From: Reclinomonas americana ATCC 50394
Lineage: Eukaryota
Assembly (NCBI GenBank): GCA_048213135.1
Contig: PS015298.1
Coordinates: forward strand, 71,761-117,313
Reading direction: 5' to 3'
Length of the DNA: 45,553 nt
Below, in pieces: positions 22,586-34,391 of the stretch (its first letter is position 1; the number at the start of each line of letters is the position of its first letter). The position numbers were made by a program, and so were the translations under genes. The notes under the pieces were generated by a model. The model made no database searches, was not told where the DNA came from, and saw nothing but the letters and a program-made list of their open reading frames with translations.

Positions 22586-25500
22586 TCCCTCTGTGCGTGC
22601 AGTTCACTCCATGCATTCCATTTGTGGATGCTTGTTGACCTTCTCTCTATCCAGGCACCTTTGATGACCCCATCCCACCTGTCGACTCCTACGACTTGAT
22701 GGACGCGTACCGCTTCACTGCGCCTGCGCCACCCGCGCTGTCACTGCCTCCGCCCAACTTGCCACCTCCACCACCACCACCTCCTGCACCTCCGTACGGT
22801 TACATTCCGCTGCCGGTGAAGCCGCCTCCGCCTCCTCCTCCGCCACCACCACCGCCGCCACCAGCAGCAGCAGCTGTCGCTCCGTCACCTGCTGGCGGCT
22901 TGAAACCGTCGGCGTCCACCTCGTCGCTGACCTCGAGCAGCTCGTCGGGTGATCTGGCCCGTCTGGCAGGTTCCTCTGCGGGTGCGGCTGCTGGTGGCAC
23001 CGGTGGCGCGGCGCGTGAGCAGTTGTCCAATGCTCGTGAGCCGCCGTCACTAGCGGAGCGAGTGTGGCTGGTGGGGGCGTCGGGCGCCAAGGTGCAAGTG
23101 AAGACAGCCGACTCCACCGTGTGGACCTTGGATCGAGCCAATAGTGTTGCGTGGTGCTCTTTTTGTTTTGTGCGTGGCATCGACGACATCACACTCAATG
23201 CGTGTGTGCATCTTTGGCCAGTGGAGTGATGCACAGACCGACTGGTTCTCCTTCCGGTTCGGCTCGGTGCGCCAGTTGGCGGCCGGCGATCGCAGCGGTG
23301 GCGATGGAACCATTCGACCTTCCCTCATCAAGACGCGTCACTACATGCTCCAATTGTTTGTCACCAATCCAGTGCTGTCGCGCGTGCGGGTGTTGGCCCG
23401 AGTGGCCTTGCTGGAGGCCGCCACGGAGAAGTTGGTGCGCGTCCGTGACCCCAAGACCGGCGTCGTTGACGATGGATTGGGACCGTTGCGTCTCCGCCAC
23501 CACCACCACCGCAACCGCTTCCTTTGAGTGTTGTGCTGACTGTGCGCGCGCGTGGTGTTTTGGCGCTGCAGAGCCTCGTCGGCCGACGTCAACATGGTCA
23601 GCCAGGGCGATTCACTCTTTGGCCAAACGGAAATACGATTCGCCTTCCACAGCAATGTGTACGACTCGATGCGTGTCGCGGATGTGGATGGTGGAGCCAG
23701 TTCGTCATCTTCTGCCGCGACCACTGCCACCGCTGCATCTGCGAACGATTCCGATAGCGACTCTGCAAAGTTGGCCACTCGAAAGTCACCCAAATTGAGC
23801 AAGTCGCCAAAGGCGACTGTCAGCAAGACGCCTTCGTTGCGTCCACGCACACACATATATATATGTGCCATTCTCGTGTCAAGTGCCGCTTACACCACAG
23901 TGCCGCAGAATGACGCCGCGCTTCAAACTGCGCGTCACGTACCATCTTCTGGGAATGGACGACGAAGTGCAGGAGGTCCCGTTTGCGACTGTCTTGTCGC
24001 CAATCTTTGAAATCTTGGCGCGAGCTGGCAAGGGTGGTGAGGCACACCGCGAGGCTCTTGTTCCCAGCATGCTTGTATGCAAACTCCTTGCTTTCCCCCA
24101 CTTTCTCTCTGTTTCCCATTGCAGATCGTGTGTATGCTGGCTACGCGCGCGATGAGGCACAGTACGAGGAGCAGTCGGTTGTGGTGGAACGTGACACCGC
24201 CATGGATTCACCTCGGTTTGTGGAGATGCCGGCGACACAGTCGGCTCCATCGACTCGTGCCCCCACTCCATCGCTCCCTTCAGCGGTCTCCTCGCCAGAG
24301 GCTCCCAGACCGCCTGCCATCATGGTACCGCCTGCCGCCTCGTCCTCTTCCTCTGCGCCACCCGCCAGCGCCGCGTATACAGCCGTTCCTCACGACAGTC
24401 AGCGACGAGCCGCAGACTTGTCAATTGAGAGTTTCGTGCAAGTGTATGTGTGCCCGCCCATTGTCTACTCGTTTGCTCATCGCCCGCGACTTGCAGTACC
24501 GAGGTCCATGTTGGCACCCAAGATTCCGGCACCGTCGCCGACGCTACACCTGGAACTCGACGAATTGCTGCGCCTCTTCTGGCTCAATCCCACGTTTATC
24601 GAACAAACACACCGGCGCAATGTCCTGGTGGGTTTTGTCGATCGCGTGACGCAGCTGCAGGGTTTGTCACCATCTCTACGTCGACACAGTCCGTCTCTCC
24701 CTTTCCCTTATCGTCTTGCCCACAGACGACGATCAGCAGTACCTGTTGGCCCTGTTGCGTGCACGACTGCCTAACCTGTTTGCGAGTGTGGCTTCGTACG
24801 GTTCGGCGCCTGGATTTGGTAGTTCGATTGGTGGTGTTGGTGTTGGTGGCAGCAGCAGCAGCAGTAGTGGTGGTGTCGGTGGTGGTGGTGGTGGTGGTGG
24901 TGGCGGTGGCGGCGGAGGAGGGGGGAGGGGGAGGGGGAGGAGGAGGGAGGGGGTGGTATCGGAGGTGCAGGTGGCAGCGGTGGAGTGAGCGGTCTGCATC
25001 TCATGTCGTCGCAACGAGGCGCCTCGTCGGGCGGTGCAGACGATTTCTCCCGACTGCTGATTGAGACGCCACCACCACCACCGCCGTCGTCGCAGACAGT
25101 GCCACCTCCACCTCCGCTAGCTCCACCGCTCCCGTCTTCTCTGTCGTATGATGCACCAATGCGGCAGCAACTCCTGCAGCCGTCTCTCCAACTGACGACG
25201 ACACCGGTTCGCAATCCTCCGCTGACGCAGCGGCCGACAGATGCGCTGAACCCGCCGCGCGGTCAGGCGCCTCCATCGTTCTCCGGAACAACGTCGTCGT
25301 CATCGGCGGCCCATCCAGCGGGCGCGCCATACGACGATGATCGGAGTGCTGGTGAACAGTCCATGCTGAATGGCATGGAACGGTTTGTGTTGCTCCCGAC
25401 TCGCGCTCTCTTTCCCCGTATTTTGTCGCTGACATGGGTGGTGTCGGGGCAGGAAACGATCGTATTCTTCCGCGGTGTCGTCGTACTTGGTAAATGTGGG

Positions 25501-25883
25501 TGACGACCTGGGCGACAGTATTGATGATGATGGTGCGTGAAGATCCTCACGAACCGTGACAGCTTTTTGTCACCGCTTACCAATGGTGCTGCTTCGCAAC
25601 AGACTGGATGCCGCCAACAAAGCGCGCGAACACTGCCGTTGGCATGAGTGGAGCGGGTGGCAGTGACCACCGATCACAGTGGCGAGATAACGAGGGCGTG
25701 TTTGACAATATTGCGGGCGCTGGTACCGGTCTGCACTTCCGATCGCAGCAACCGCCGCCAGCCGGCCAATCTTCTCCCCCGGCGCCGCCATTGCCTCCTC
25801 CTCCTACAGGCCCGTTTAGCTCGCCACCTTCTCGGCACTCCAATTCACCGGGAGGCACACGACCGGAGAATAAGGGTGGTTGA
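22201..25883 (+). CDS. Putative transcription factor, paralog A (beta-sandwich domain, possibly CudA/STAT/p53-like; Q/H/P/G-rich regions)
   Basis: ATG 22201; poly-Q, His- and Pro-rich N-terminus; FSFRFGSVR...LIKTRHYMLQL...RVRVLARVALLEAAT...EIRFAFHSNVY...PRFKLRVTYH...VLSPIFEILAR; second block LLRLFWLNPTF...RRNVLVGFVDR. Clear similarity to paralog B; family assignment is inference. One apparent frameshift in the G-run near 24920-24955. Confidence 0.6.
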
Positions 25884-25942
25884 TATGGAGGACGGTGTGC
25901 GACAGACAATACAGTTCTTGTTTATGTGTGCAGAGTGGGGTT

Positions 25943-28900
25943 TTAAAGGTACTCCTCCTCGTCGTCCTGCCGTGCCATGATGGCATCCAGCTCTCTGCGC
26001 ACGACTCCACGCCAGGCCGCGTTCATGCGTGCCTTCGCCTCGTCCCAGCTGGAATCCAGCAGTGCAAGGTCCGTCACTCCCATCTCGTCGCTCAGCAGCC
26101 ACTCGACCAAGGTCTCGGCGATCTCGGGCTTCAAGTTCCTGTGCTTTGTGCACCAGACTGCGCGATACAGAGGCGCAACAGTGAATATGTGTGTGCCAAG
26201 ACAGACAAAAACAAACGAAAGCAGACAAACCATGGAATGCGTCGCGAACGGGTGTTGACGGCTGCAGCTGCAACTCCATTGGCACTGAGGCCTCGCTGGC
26301 CGAGTCGGGATCTCGGACGCGGCTAGGGCCTCGTACGCTGGCGGTTGGTACAGCCGGCACAGGTGCCGATGGCGCCGGCGCCGTCCGAGCAGCAGACGAC
26401 GCAAACATGAAGTTACCGGAGCCGAAGGGTGCGGAGGCGGCGGTGCTTGCGCTTCCAGCCGAACCGGCCGGGAGCCAGGAGCTGCCCGACGCGCGCACTG
26501 GAGTGGTCGGCGAGTGGGACGTCACCGAGGCCACATCGCTCTGCGGTGGCGTCACGGTGCCGTTGGCGCTCGAGTGCGACGGCGTGGATGCAGGTGATGC
26601 AAAGTTAAAGCTCGGGCGTGCCCAGGCACCAGCCATTCCGGCGGCACCCGCGCCACCAAATGGACTGGCAATCACTGGTGCCGGCACCGGCGGCTGCGCA
26701 AATACCGGTGCCGACGGCTGTTGCGCAAACATGGGAGCAGACGGCGGCGCCTGCTCCGACTGGCGACGACCACCGCGAGCGCTGAGGGGTGCAGCGGCCA
26801 TGTTCACTCGCGCACTCGGCAGTGACGCCTCCGAATCGGCGTCAGCGTCAAATTCGGCACCGCGGCGACTGACTGCCGAAGACGGTCGCTCACCCTCCGC
26901 CCCCTGATGGCGGCTGACTGCCGACGATGGTCGCTGTCGACGGGCACGCTTGCGAAGCTGGCCCTTCACCAAGGCCTCAGCAGCGGACAGTGCGTGCATC
27001 AGCGGCTCCAGAACGAGCACTTCCGCTCCCTGATCGCGGTACGAGTTCGGCCCAGTGTACGACACGGTGGGGTAGATGCTGGCGCGGGTGATGCCACTCT
27101 CCTTGGCGAACCTTTCCAGCGTCTTGTCCACCAAGTCACTCTCGAGAGCGCGGATGGCGTTCTTGTTTCGCAAGCGCGGGTCGACCAAGTCCATGCCGGC
27201 CAGAACCACCATCGGCTGCAGGCCCTGTTCGCCGAGAAGCTGGCCCAACTCGCGCAACGCCCACATCTTGTCCTCCTGGCCCAGCATGTTCACGTGGCAG
27301 CACAGAATGACGCCATGCACACGGTGAGCAACGCCGCCCTTCCACAACGTCGCTTTGTCCAGATCGTCGTCGAAGCGGAACCCGTCCGGCAGGGTGCCTC
27401 CCACCAGGGCGCTCGTCACGTCGTTCGAGTAGTTGGTGTTTGTCGGCCTTTCTGGTTCGCGGTACACGCCTTCGGCGTTGCCGGGTTTGCGGATTGCGTC
27501 CGAGTGGTAGCCCTGGTGTGTGTGCACACAGCAGTCAGGGGCATGCACCTCGAGCAGTGGGTCGCGCACGACAGCTCTCAACACTCACCCAGCAGTCAAT
27601 CAGGTTCAGATGGTCCGCCACGGCGTAGGTGACCTTTTTCTGCGTCACACCATCATCCGACGGGCAGCTCGGCGCGACCGAGAAGAAGCGGTTGTTCAGT
27701 GCGCTGGCCATGGTGTTGATGGTGGCACTCTTTGCGCCATTCTATCACACCAACACACATGGAAAAAATCAGCAACGACGAGCGTCGTGTGGTGGGTGGT
27801 CGCAGGCGTGCAACGCAACTCGGAGACCGACAAACAGAATGTTGTAGGCACCCACTTCAGCGGGGCAGTTGTGCTGGTACTCGTTGATGGTCGCCAGAAT
27901 AGTGTCACGCTCCGCCTCCAGGCTTTGTTGAGAGATGCGAGGTGCTGCGGTATACACAGGTGAGCGACGAAGATGCACATGATCAACGGTGGATGAGAAA
28001 CGCACCAGGGAGTGTGTAAAAATCGGTCTCGTCCGAGTACGAAGTCCGTGTGTTATCTGCACGAATGCCTTGCACGCGCAGCGTCACCAGTTCATTGGCC
28101 GGCAGCCCGCTCACCCAGTACTCGTTGATGCTCACGTCGGCTTCGCCCACAATCTTCCAATGCACTGTGGCAGAAGCCGTTCGACGTGAGTGCGACTGAA
28201 CGCTAAGTGGGTGTGCTGCGACACAATACCTCGCATTTTGCTGTCGGGCCCACGGTTTCGCACTTTGCGCTCAATGTGGATCCTGTCGAGGTTGAAGTCC
28301 AGCAGCGACCCGCTCGGCATCGAGAACTTGAGCATCAGCTCAGTCGATGTGCGGTTTCCAGTGGTCACCGAGGGGCTGTGAACAGTGGACGATGAGCAAC
28401 GAGCTCGACGACGACAACGAGGGCTCAAACAAACACACCATGCATTGCTGGTGACAGACGCCGGGCCAAACAACTTCTCGACCTGCTCACGCGAGTCGAC
28501 GAAGAATGTGTTGCGCTGCGAGGTGCCAAGCAGCTTGATGTCCTCACGCGCAGCGTCGTCGCGAGGGGCGTGCAGAGCGAACACCACAGTCGGGATCTTG
28601 GCGTCGTGCAGCGAGCAGTTGGCCTCCATCTTGGCAATCTGCGGGAATGGCAGTGCGCCTGCACGTGAAGTACTTGTTGTCAGATCGAGGAAAGCAACGA
28701 CGACAAAGCAGCTGCGCGCAAGGCAAGTGGACACCAACCTACAGTCACCAACACCACGAGGCTCTTCGGGTTTTGTCGCGCGCACGTGCCCAGGTGTTGC
28801 GCAGCGATCTTGATAGCGCTGGCCACACCGGCATTCTTGGTGGCCGCCACAGCCTCGTCGCCCTCCACATCCAGAGGCGGCTCGTTATAGTCCTCAGCGC

Positions 28901-29267
28901 GCGCCGCAAAGTCAAACAGTGGCTGGCGATCGTTGGTGAGCACTTGGAAGTTCACCGCCGGCGTGTGCTGGCCATACAGCACCACCGAGAAGTTGACAGA
29001 GCGCGGATCAGTAGGATCCAGACGCGAATGGCTCAACAGCATGCGCACGATGCTCTTGACGGTCAGCACCTCCCATGCCATCGGCAAGCACTGTACGTAG
29101 CGAGGAGCACACACAAGGAAATCGTCAGAGGCCAGCGAGAATGCAATCACAGAGGAGAGAGTGTTTGATGGGAAGCAGAACGCAACAAGGACGATGTTGG
29201 TGCTCTCGCTGAGTGGCGGGAGCACAATGCTCTGCAGGCGTTGATGTTCATCGCCGGCAATATCCAT
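25943..29267 (-). CDS. VWA - FN3 - IFI44-like P-loop GTPase (degenerate motifs) - low-complexity linker - small helical C-terminal domain; paralog A
   Basis: ATG 29267; VWA-like (FSVVLYG, VASAIKIA, KSLVVLVT); FN3-like (WKIVG...YWVSGLPANELVTLRVQGI...TSYSD...FYT); YNILFVGLR|NGAKSATINT, IDCW|G, LVGGTLPDGFRF, RVHGVIL, IYPTVSY, EVLVLEPLMHALSAAE; stop 25945-25943. Confidence 0.75.
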
Positions 29268-29919
29268 GGCAGTCAAAGTGGTTCTCTCTCCGCGGCAGAA
29301 GTGGAAATGTGTGGAAACAACCTGTCATCGACAACAGTGCCATGTCGGATCGCAAACATATCCGGCTGACGACTGCCGGCACCTGTTGTCCGCTGCGCGT
29401 CTCCCGGACACGTTGGCAGCCGCGGAGCTGGAGGGTGCCGCAGGCGAGGAAGATGAAGAGTGCGTACTTGCAACAAGCGCTAGCGATCATCGATTCTATA
29501 CGTGTTTTTGAAACAAAACCCGCTTGCAGCTCACGCGCACAGGCGCGCACGCACTGAGAGGAGGAGGGAAAGGGCAAGGAAGGGGATAGATGGTAGCGGG
29601 GCGCAGTCGCAGGGTTGACTTCTGCCGGGTCGCAACGATATCGTCAGCCGGGAATGCAATTGTTCGCGTCCTGTCGAAAAGATGGAAATGCACACGCGCA
29701 CTGCGCGTACTGCCCGGCAAACTGAGGACACGTGCTCTTCCCCCTCCCATCACTGCGTTGCCCATTGACGCAAGTGAGCACACCTTGCGACTCTTGGTGT
29801 ATTTGCATGTCCAGTCGTATTCGGATCAATTGCGAACCCGGCGTGTCCCGTCGCGCGGCACATTTCCTGTCACACAACTCGCTTTTTCTCTGTGTCTGCT
29901 GAGCACTTGCAACGCGAAC
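29268..29919. promoter_or_regulatory. Probable bidirectional promoter between the divergent GTPase paralogs
   Basis: 652 bp between divergent ATGs (29267 minus, 29920 plus); positional inference only, no motif assigned. Confidence 0.5.
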
Positions 29920-32900
29920 ATGGCTGCTCTCGAACCCGTTGTACCCGACTTCGTCGCCGCAGACGACCTTCGTGCACCGCCACCAGCGCCCCGGCTGTTG
30001 CCGGCGCCTCCTCTGGTCCTCGAGCTCACCGAGGCGGACCAGCTGCGACTGGCGGAGAAGTTCACTGGACCGGCATCGCAGACGGCTGATGTGGTGGTCG
30101 TTGCGTGCGATGTACAGAGAGAAGAAGGGATGAGGGATGGGGGGAGGGGAGAGCGTGAACGTTTACTTCGCTTGTCTTCTTGTCGGCTGTCCTACTTTGC
30201 TGTGTGTTCGTGGAGGAGCAAGATCGGTGAAGTAAGGAGTTGGAGTCAGGAGTCGTCTCTCTCTCTCTCTCTCTCTCTCTCCATCATGCTTCTCTTATTC
30301 TTCTTCTCCGCGCGTGTGTGTGTGTTTGTTGTTGTCAGATTGTCCTTCTGCTCCCTCAACACTGCGTGGAGTGCAGACACGCACCTCGTGATCCTTCTTC
30401 TCTCTCTCTGTAGGTGTGCGTGTTTGTGTGTGTTGTCAGAGTGACTTTGTCTGTTTTTGACCGCGTTGCCACTTGTACGCCTTTCATCTTATTGCTTGTG
30501 TGCACGTCGTCAGAGTGACATCTCCCCCGTCTCTTCCCCTNNNNNNNNNNNNNNNNNNNNGTCACTCTATCGCGCCTTTCTTCTCATCCATGTTGTCAGA
30601 GCTTGTCGTGTTGTCTGCTGCTTGCTCACTACTTCATCCCCACTCTTCCAGGCCTTTCCGAACGGCGCCAACACCAACCTCAAGCTGACCCAGCACTTGT
30701 ACCGCGTCCTCGCTACATGCCTCAACCTCGATGAATCGAATCGCGCCGGCACTGCGCTTGCCGTCGTGTACTACGGCAGCGAGTTCCCGGATGGCGCTCG
30801 GGTGGAGACTGAGCTGACTTCGAACTCACGGTATCACCTGGAGCGTGCTGCCGGTTGCGTCTTGATCAGCGAAGGACTTGTTCATCATCTTCGGTGTGTC
30901 TCACCTTGTGCGATTCACAGTCATGGAGAAGAACCCGGCTGCCACCTCCACGCACATTCACAAGGCCATTGACGTCAGCCACAATCACATGTTGGGCCAG
31001 GAGCCTGGTCGCCGCAAATTTGTTGTGCTGGTGGTCAATGGTACGCTGTTCGACGCACTTCCTCCTTTCTACGCTGCGTGGTGATTGTGCTGCTTACATC
31101 GCATCGCTCTGCCGTGAGCAGGTGACATCCAGGACGCATCGGCTGCTGAGCGCCACGCTTCCAACCTTCACACTGCCAGAGTGACGACTGTCGCTTTTGT
31201 CCTCGGTGCTGATGCATGCCGCAGTGCTGCAGTGGAGGAGGCACTGCGTCCAGTGATCTCCGCCGACTGCTTGTTCCGCGCAGAGCGACTCGAGGAGATC
31301 GAGTTCCTCTTTGGCAAGACCTCCACCGTCGTTCGCCCGGTGCCACAGATCGAGGCACACAATCGCACCTCGTCCAAGCTGGAGCTGCGCTTCAAGATGA
31401 GCTCCGATCAGAGCGCGGCTGGAGCCGTGAAGTCTTTTGAGCTGGAGCGCCGCATTCGCGGAAGTCCCATGGAGGTGTCATCGGCATCAGCTGCTGCTGG
31501 TGAGTGTTTCCTAGAGAGTTGGATACTCTCTTGCGTTTGCGAGATACTGACCGGAATTTCCTCTTCAGATGACGCTTCTGGTTCTCAGGCCCGTGTGGGA
31601 GAACGTTGCGTCTGTACGGTAGTGGTTCTTTGCCTCTTGTCTTTTGCTCACTGCATGACTACTTGAACAGCCAAGTGGGTGGAGTTTGGAAGTGTGGCAG
31701 CCAACATCAACGAGATGCACATTGAGCACCTGGCACCTGACGAGCTGCTGGTGCTGCGGGCATGCGCCGTCTTTGAGGACGGCACACAGTCGCCTTGGTC
31801 GCCAGTGACAGAGTACCGCACGCTGTCCAGTTGCGTTCGCTAGAGAGGTTTTGCTTCATTGATGTTCGCAGTTGTGAACTCATGCATAACTAATATGCAG
31901 GGCCTCGCCTGCGCGCTGAGGACTTGCCTGACTACCGGCAGGCCTTGGTGGCGCGCGTTGAGAACTTTGCCCGCGACCGCCATGCCATTGTGCCGTACAA
32001 TGTGCTCCTTTTCGGAAACATGGGAGCGGGCAAGTCATCCACCGTCATCACCACGATGAGTGCCATGAAGGGCAAGTTCGTGGCGGCCGCGACGGCACGC
32101 AAGCAAAACGGCACTGTCACGTTCACCAACTCTGACTATTCGGTGGTCGACGACTGTGTGTATCTGCATGATGTGTGGGTGCGTGCATTCGCTTGTGCTG
32201 TCTCGGTGATTGACAACCACTGCTATTGTATTCACACTTAGCTTGTGGTTGCAGGGCTACGACGCCAGGATGTACACCAAGGAAGTGACAGAAGACCTTA
32301 TCAATGGTACTCTCCCAGACGGGTTCGACTGCCGCCACAAGGGCAAACCTGCAGCGGCTGCAAGTGGCAGTCATGTGCGCGGCAGCGGTCGTCTTGCGCA
32401 CGCCAATTCGGAGCCGGAGGACGATGTGCTCGAGAGCTGCTTGGCAACGCACATGCACTCAGCCATGGTCGTCTTTGAGGCTGACTCGTTGGACAATGGC
32501 CTTAAGCGCGCGGACCTGAAGGAGATGCTGGCGCTGCTCACTCGCCACGGTTAGCACGTTGTTTCTTTCATGATTTTTCATCCGTTTCTCGCTCACCTTC
32601 TGTTATACACAGACTTGCAGTTTGTCGTTCTGCTGAGCAAGCTCGACATCATTGACCCGCGCCTGGCAGGCCACAACGCCATTCTGGCTCTGGACAGTGA
32701 CATTGTCGCCAAGGCCATGGAGGACTTTGCCGAGCGCGTCGGCATCCCTCTCGGCTGCGTGTACCCAGTTGTCAACTTCAGTGGCCCCAACGCGTATCCC
32801 GATCTCGGCAGCGAGGTGCTTGTACTCGAGGCGCTGCTCGGTGCACTGGAGTTGGCGGACGGCTACTGCGTCACTCAGCGCCGGGCCGCTGCGGCCCAGC

Positions 32901-33618
32901 TGGTTCACGGCCACGTTGGAGATGCCGACATGCAGTTTGCATTGAACACCGTGCGCAGCAGAGGCGTTGATGTGCCCGCCGCGTTGGTGCAGGCTGCACA
33001 GCAGACAGACGACTTGCGAGCGCTGGTGAATCACCTGGTGCGCGAGTGCGGCTACGACGCGGCCATGAAGGATGTGTTCGATGTGCCCAAGGCGGACGAG
33101 CAGGAGAGGGCGGTGGTGGCTGCGCCCATGCCAGCAGCGTCTGCTCCGTACCAGCCCAACGTTGCTGCCGGTGGTGGGTGGAACGCCAGGCCTTTTGCCG
33201 CACCGGTACCGGCACCGTCGTATGTGCCGCCGTATGCCGGCGGCTACTCGGCTCCAGTCAAGCCTGGCAACACGACTCCATTGTCGGTGCCGAATTTGGA
33301 TGACGTCGACGGTTTCGCGCCTGAGAGCGATGTCGGCGGCTGGTTGGGCAGTTGCGTTTTGCGATAGCATCACCATGTCACTCCCATGCAACAGATTGCT
33401 CACTTTTGTCTTGTCCACCAGCTCTTTGCGACCGGAACAGGCACTGGAACCGGGATAGTGTCGACGAACTGGTGGAGTGGCTGCTTGAGAGGGACATCTC
33501 CTCGCTGCAGGCACTGTACCGGCAATGGTCGACGGTAATGAGCAACGGCCCTACCGTGGATCGTTCCGTGTGCCAGAGCATTTACGGAGAGCTGGACGCC
33601 ATCATCACCATGTCGTGA
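29920..33618 (+). CDS. VWA - FN3 - IFI44-like P-loop GTPase (intact motifs) - linker - small helical C-terminal domain; paralog B
   Basis: ATG 29920; VWA-like (LAVVYYG, THIHKAID, KFVVLVVNG, VTTVAFVLG); FN3-like (KWVEFG...IEHLAPDELLVLRACAV...SPWS...YRT); G1 GNMGAGKSS (32014-32040), G3 DVW|G, LINGTLPDGF, MHSAMVVFEA, G4 LLSKLD, GIPLGCVYPVVNF, EVLVLEALLGALELAD - motif order as in IFI44/IFI44L. Confidence 0.8.
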
Positions 33619-34391
33619 AACGAACACCCACTAGTATCTGTAAAATGAAGAAGATGTGCTTGCTGCAGATGCGCAAGGGGAGGGGAGGGGAGGGAAGGAG
33701 AGAGGGGAGAGTGAGAAAAAGGCCGAAAACAACAACAGCTTGAAGACTGGCGACAACAACAACAACTTTACTAATCCAAACAGCAGCAGCTGCATGATGA
33801 TCACCATCTTGTTTGTAGTAGTCGCATGCAAGACAACAACAACAACAATTCANNNNNNNNNNNNNNNNNNNNNNNNNNNNNNNNNNNNNNNNNNNNNNNN
33901 NNNNCCGTGTACGTTCGCAGAAAACGCTACTATGCGTCTTATGCAAGTGCGTCAAATCCACTGGTCAACCACGCTTATGCGGTGAAGATCGCAGTTCTCG
34001 ACTTGTTCGGAGCTCCGAGAGCGAACACACACACACAAGGAACCTGCTGCTGCCTCAAGACTGGTGTTCGTGTTGATGTTTTGGATACGGTTGAATTGCT
34101 TGTTTGTTGGTGAATGAATTGCAGTGTTTGTATGCGATGAGGTTTTGATTGGGCTTGATCCCCAAGTTGCTAGTTTTGCAACTGAGCGTATGAATTGCAA
34201 AAGCTTTGCGTTGTCTTGGTGAAGTGGACAAACTTTGTCCCGTCCACAAACACACTCGCAGCAGCATAGTAAGCCGCGCACACACGCACGCAGAGCTCCA
34301 CCTCCCTCTCTGCCTCTTCCATCCTCCGCGCGCACACACGCATTTTCATCGTCACCAAAGTGCCGCGTGACTCGTGACCCCGACACACACG

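Noticed and set aside
24915-24960. Programmed frameshift or pseudogene lesion in TF paralog A
   Set aside because: Frame change falls in a G-homopolymer-rich poly-Gly stretch, where sequencing error is the simplest explanation.
26191-27632. Long antisense ORFs (also 39209-41139)
   Set aside because: Shadows of GC-rich coding exons on the opposite strand, with no recognisable motifs.
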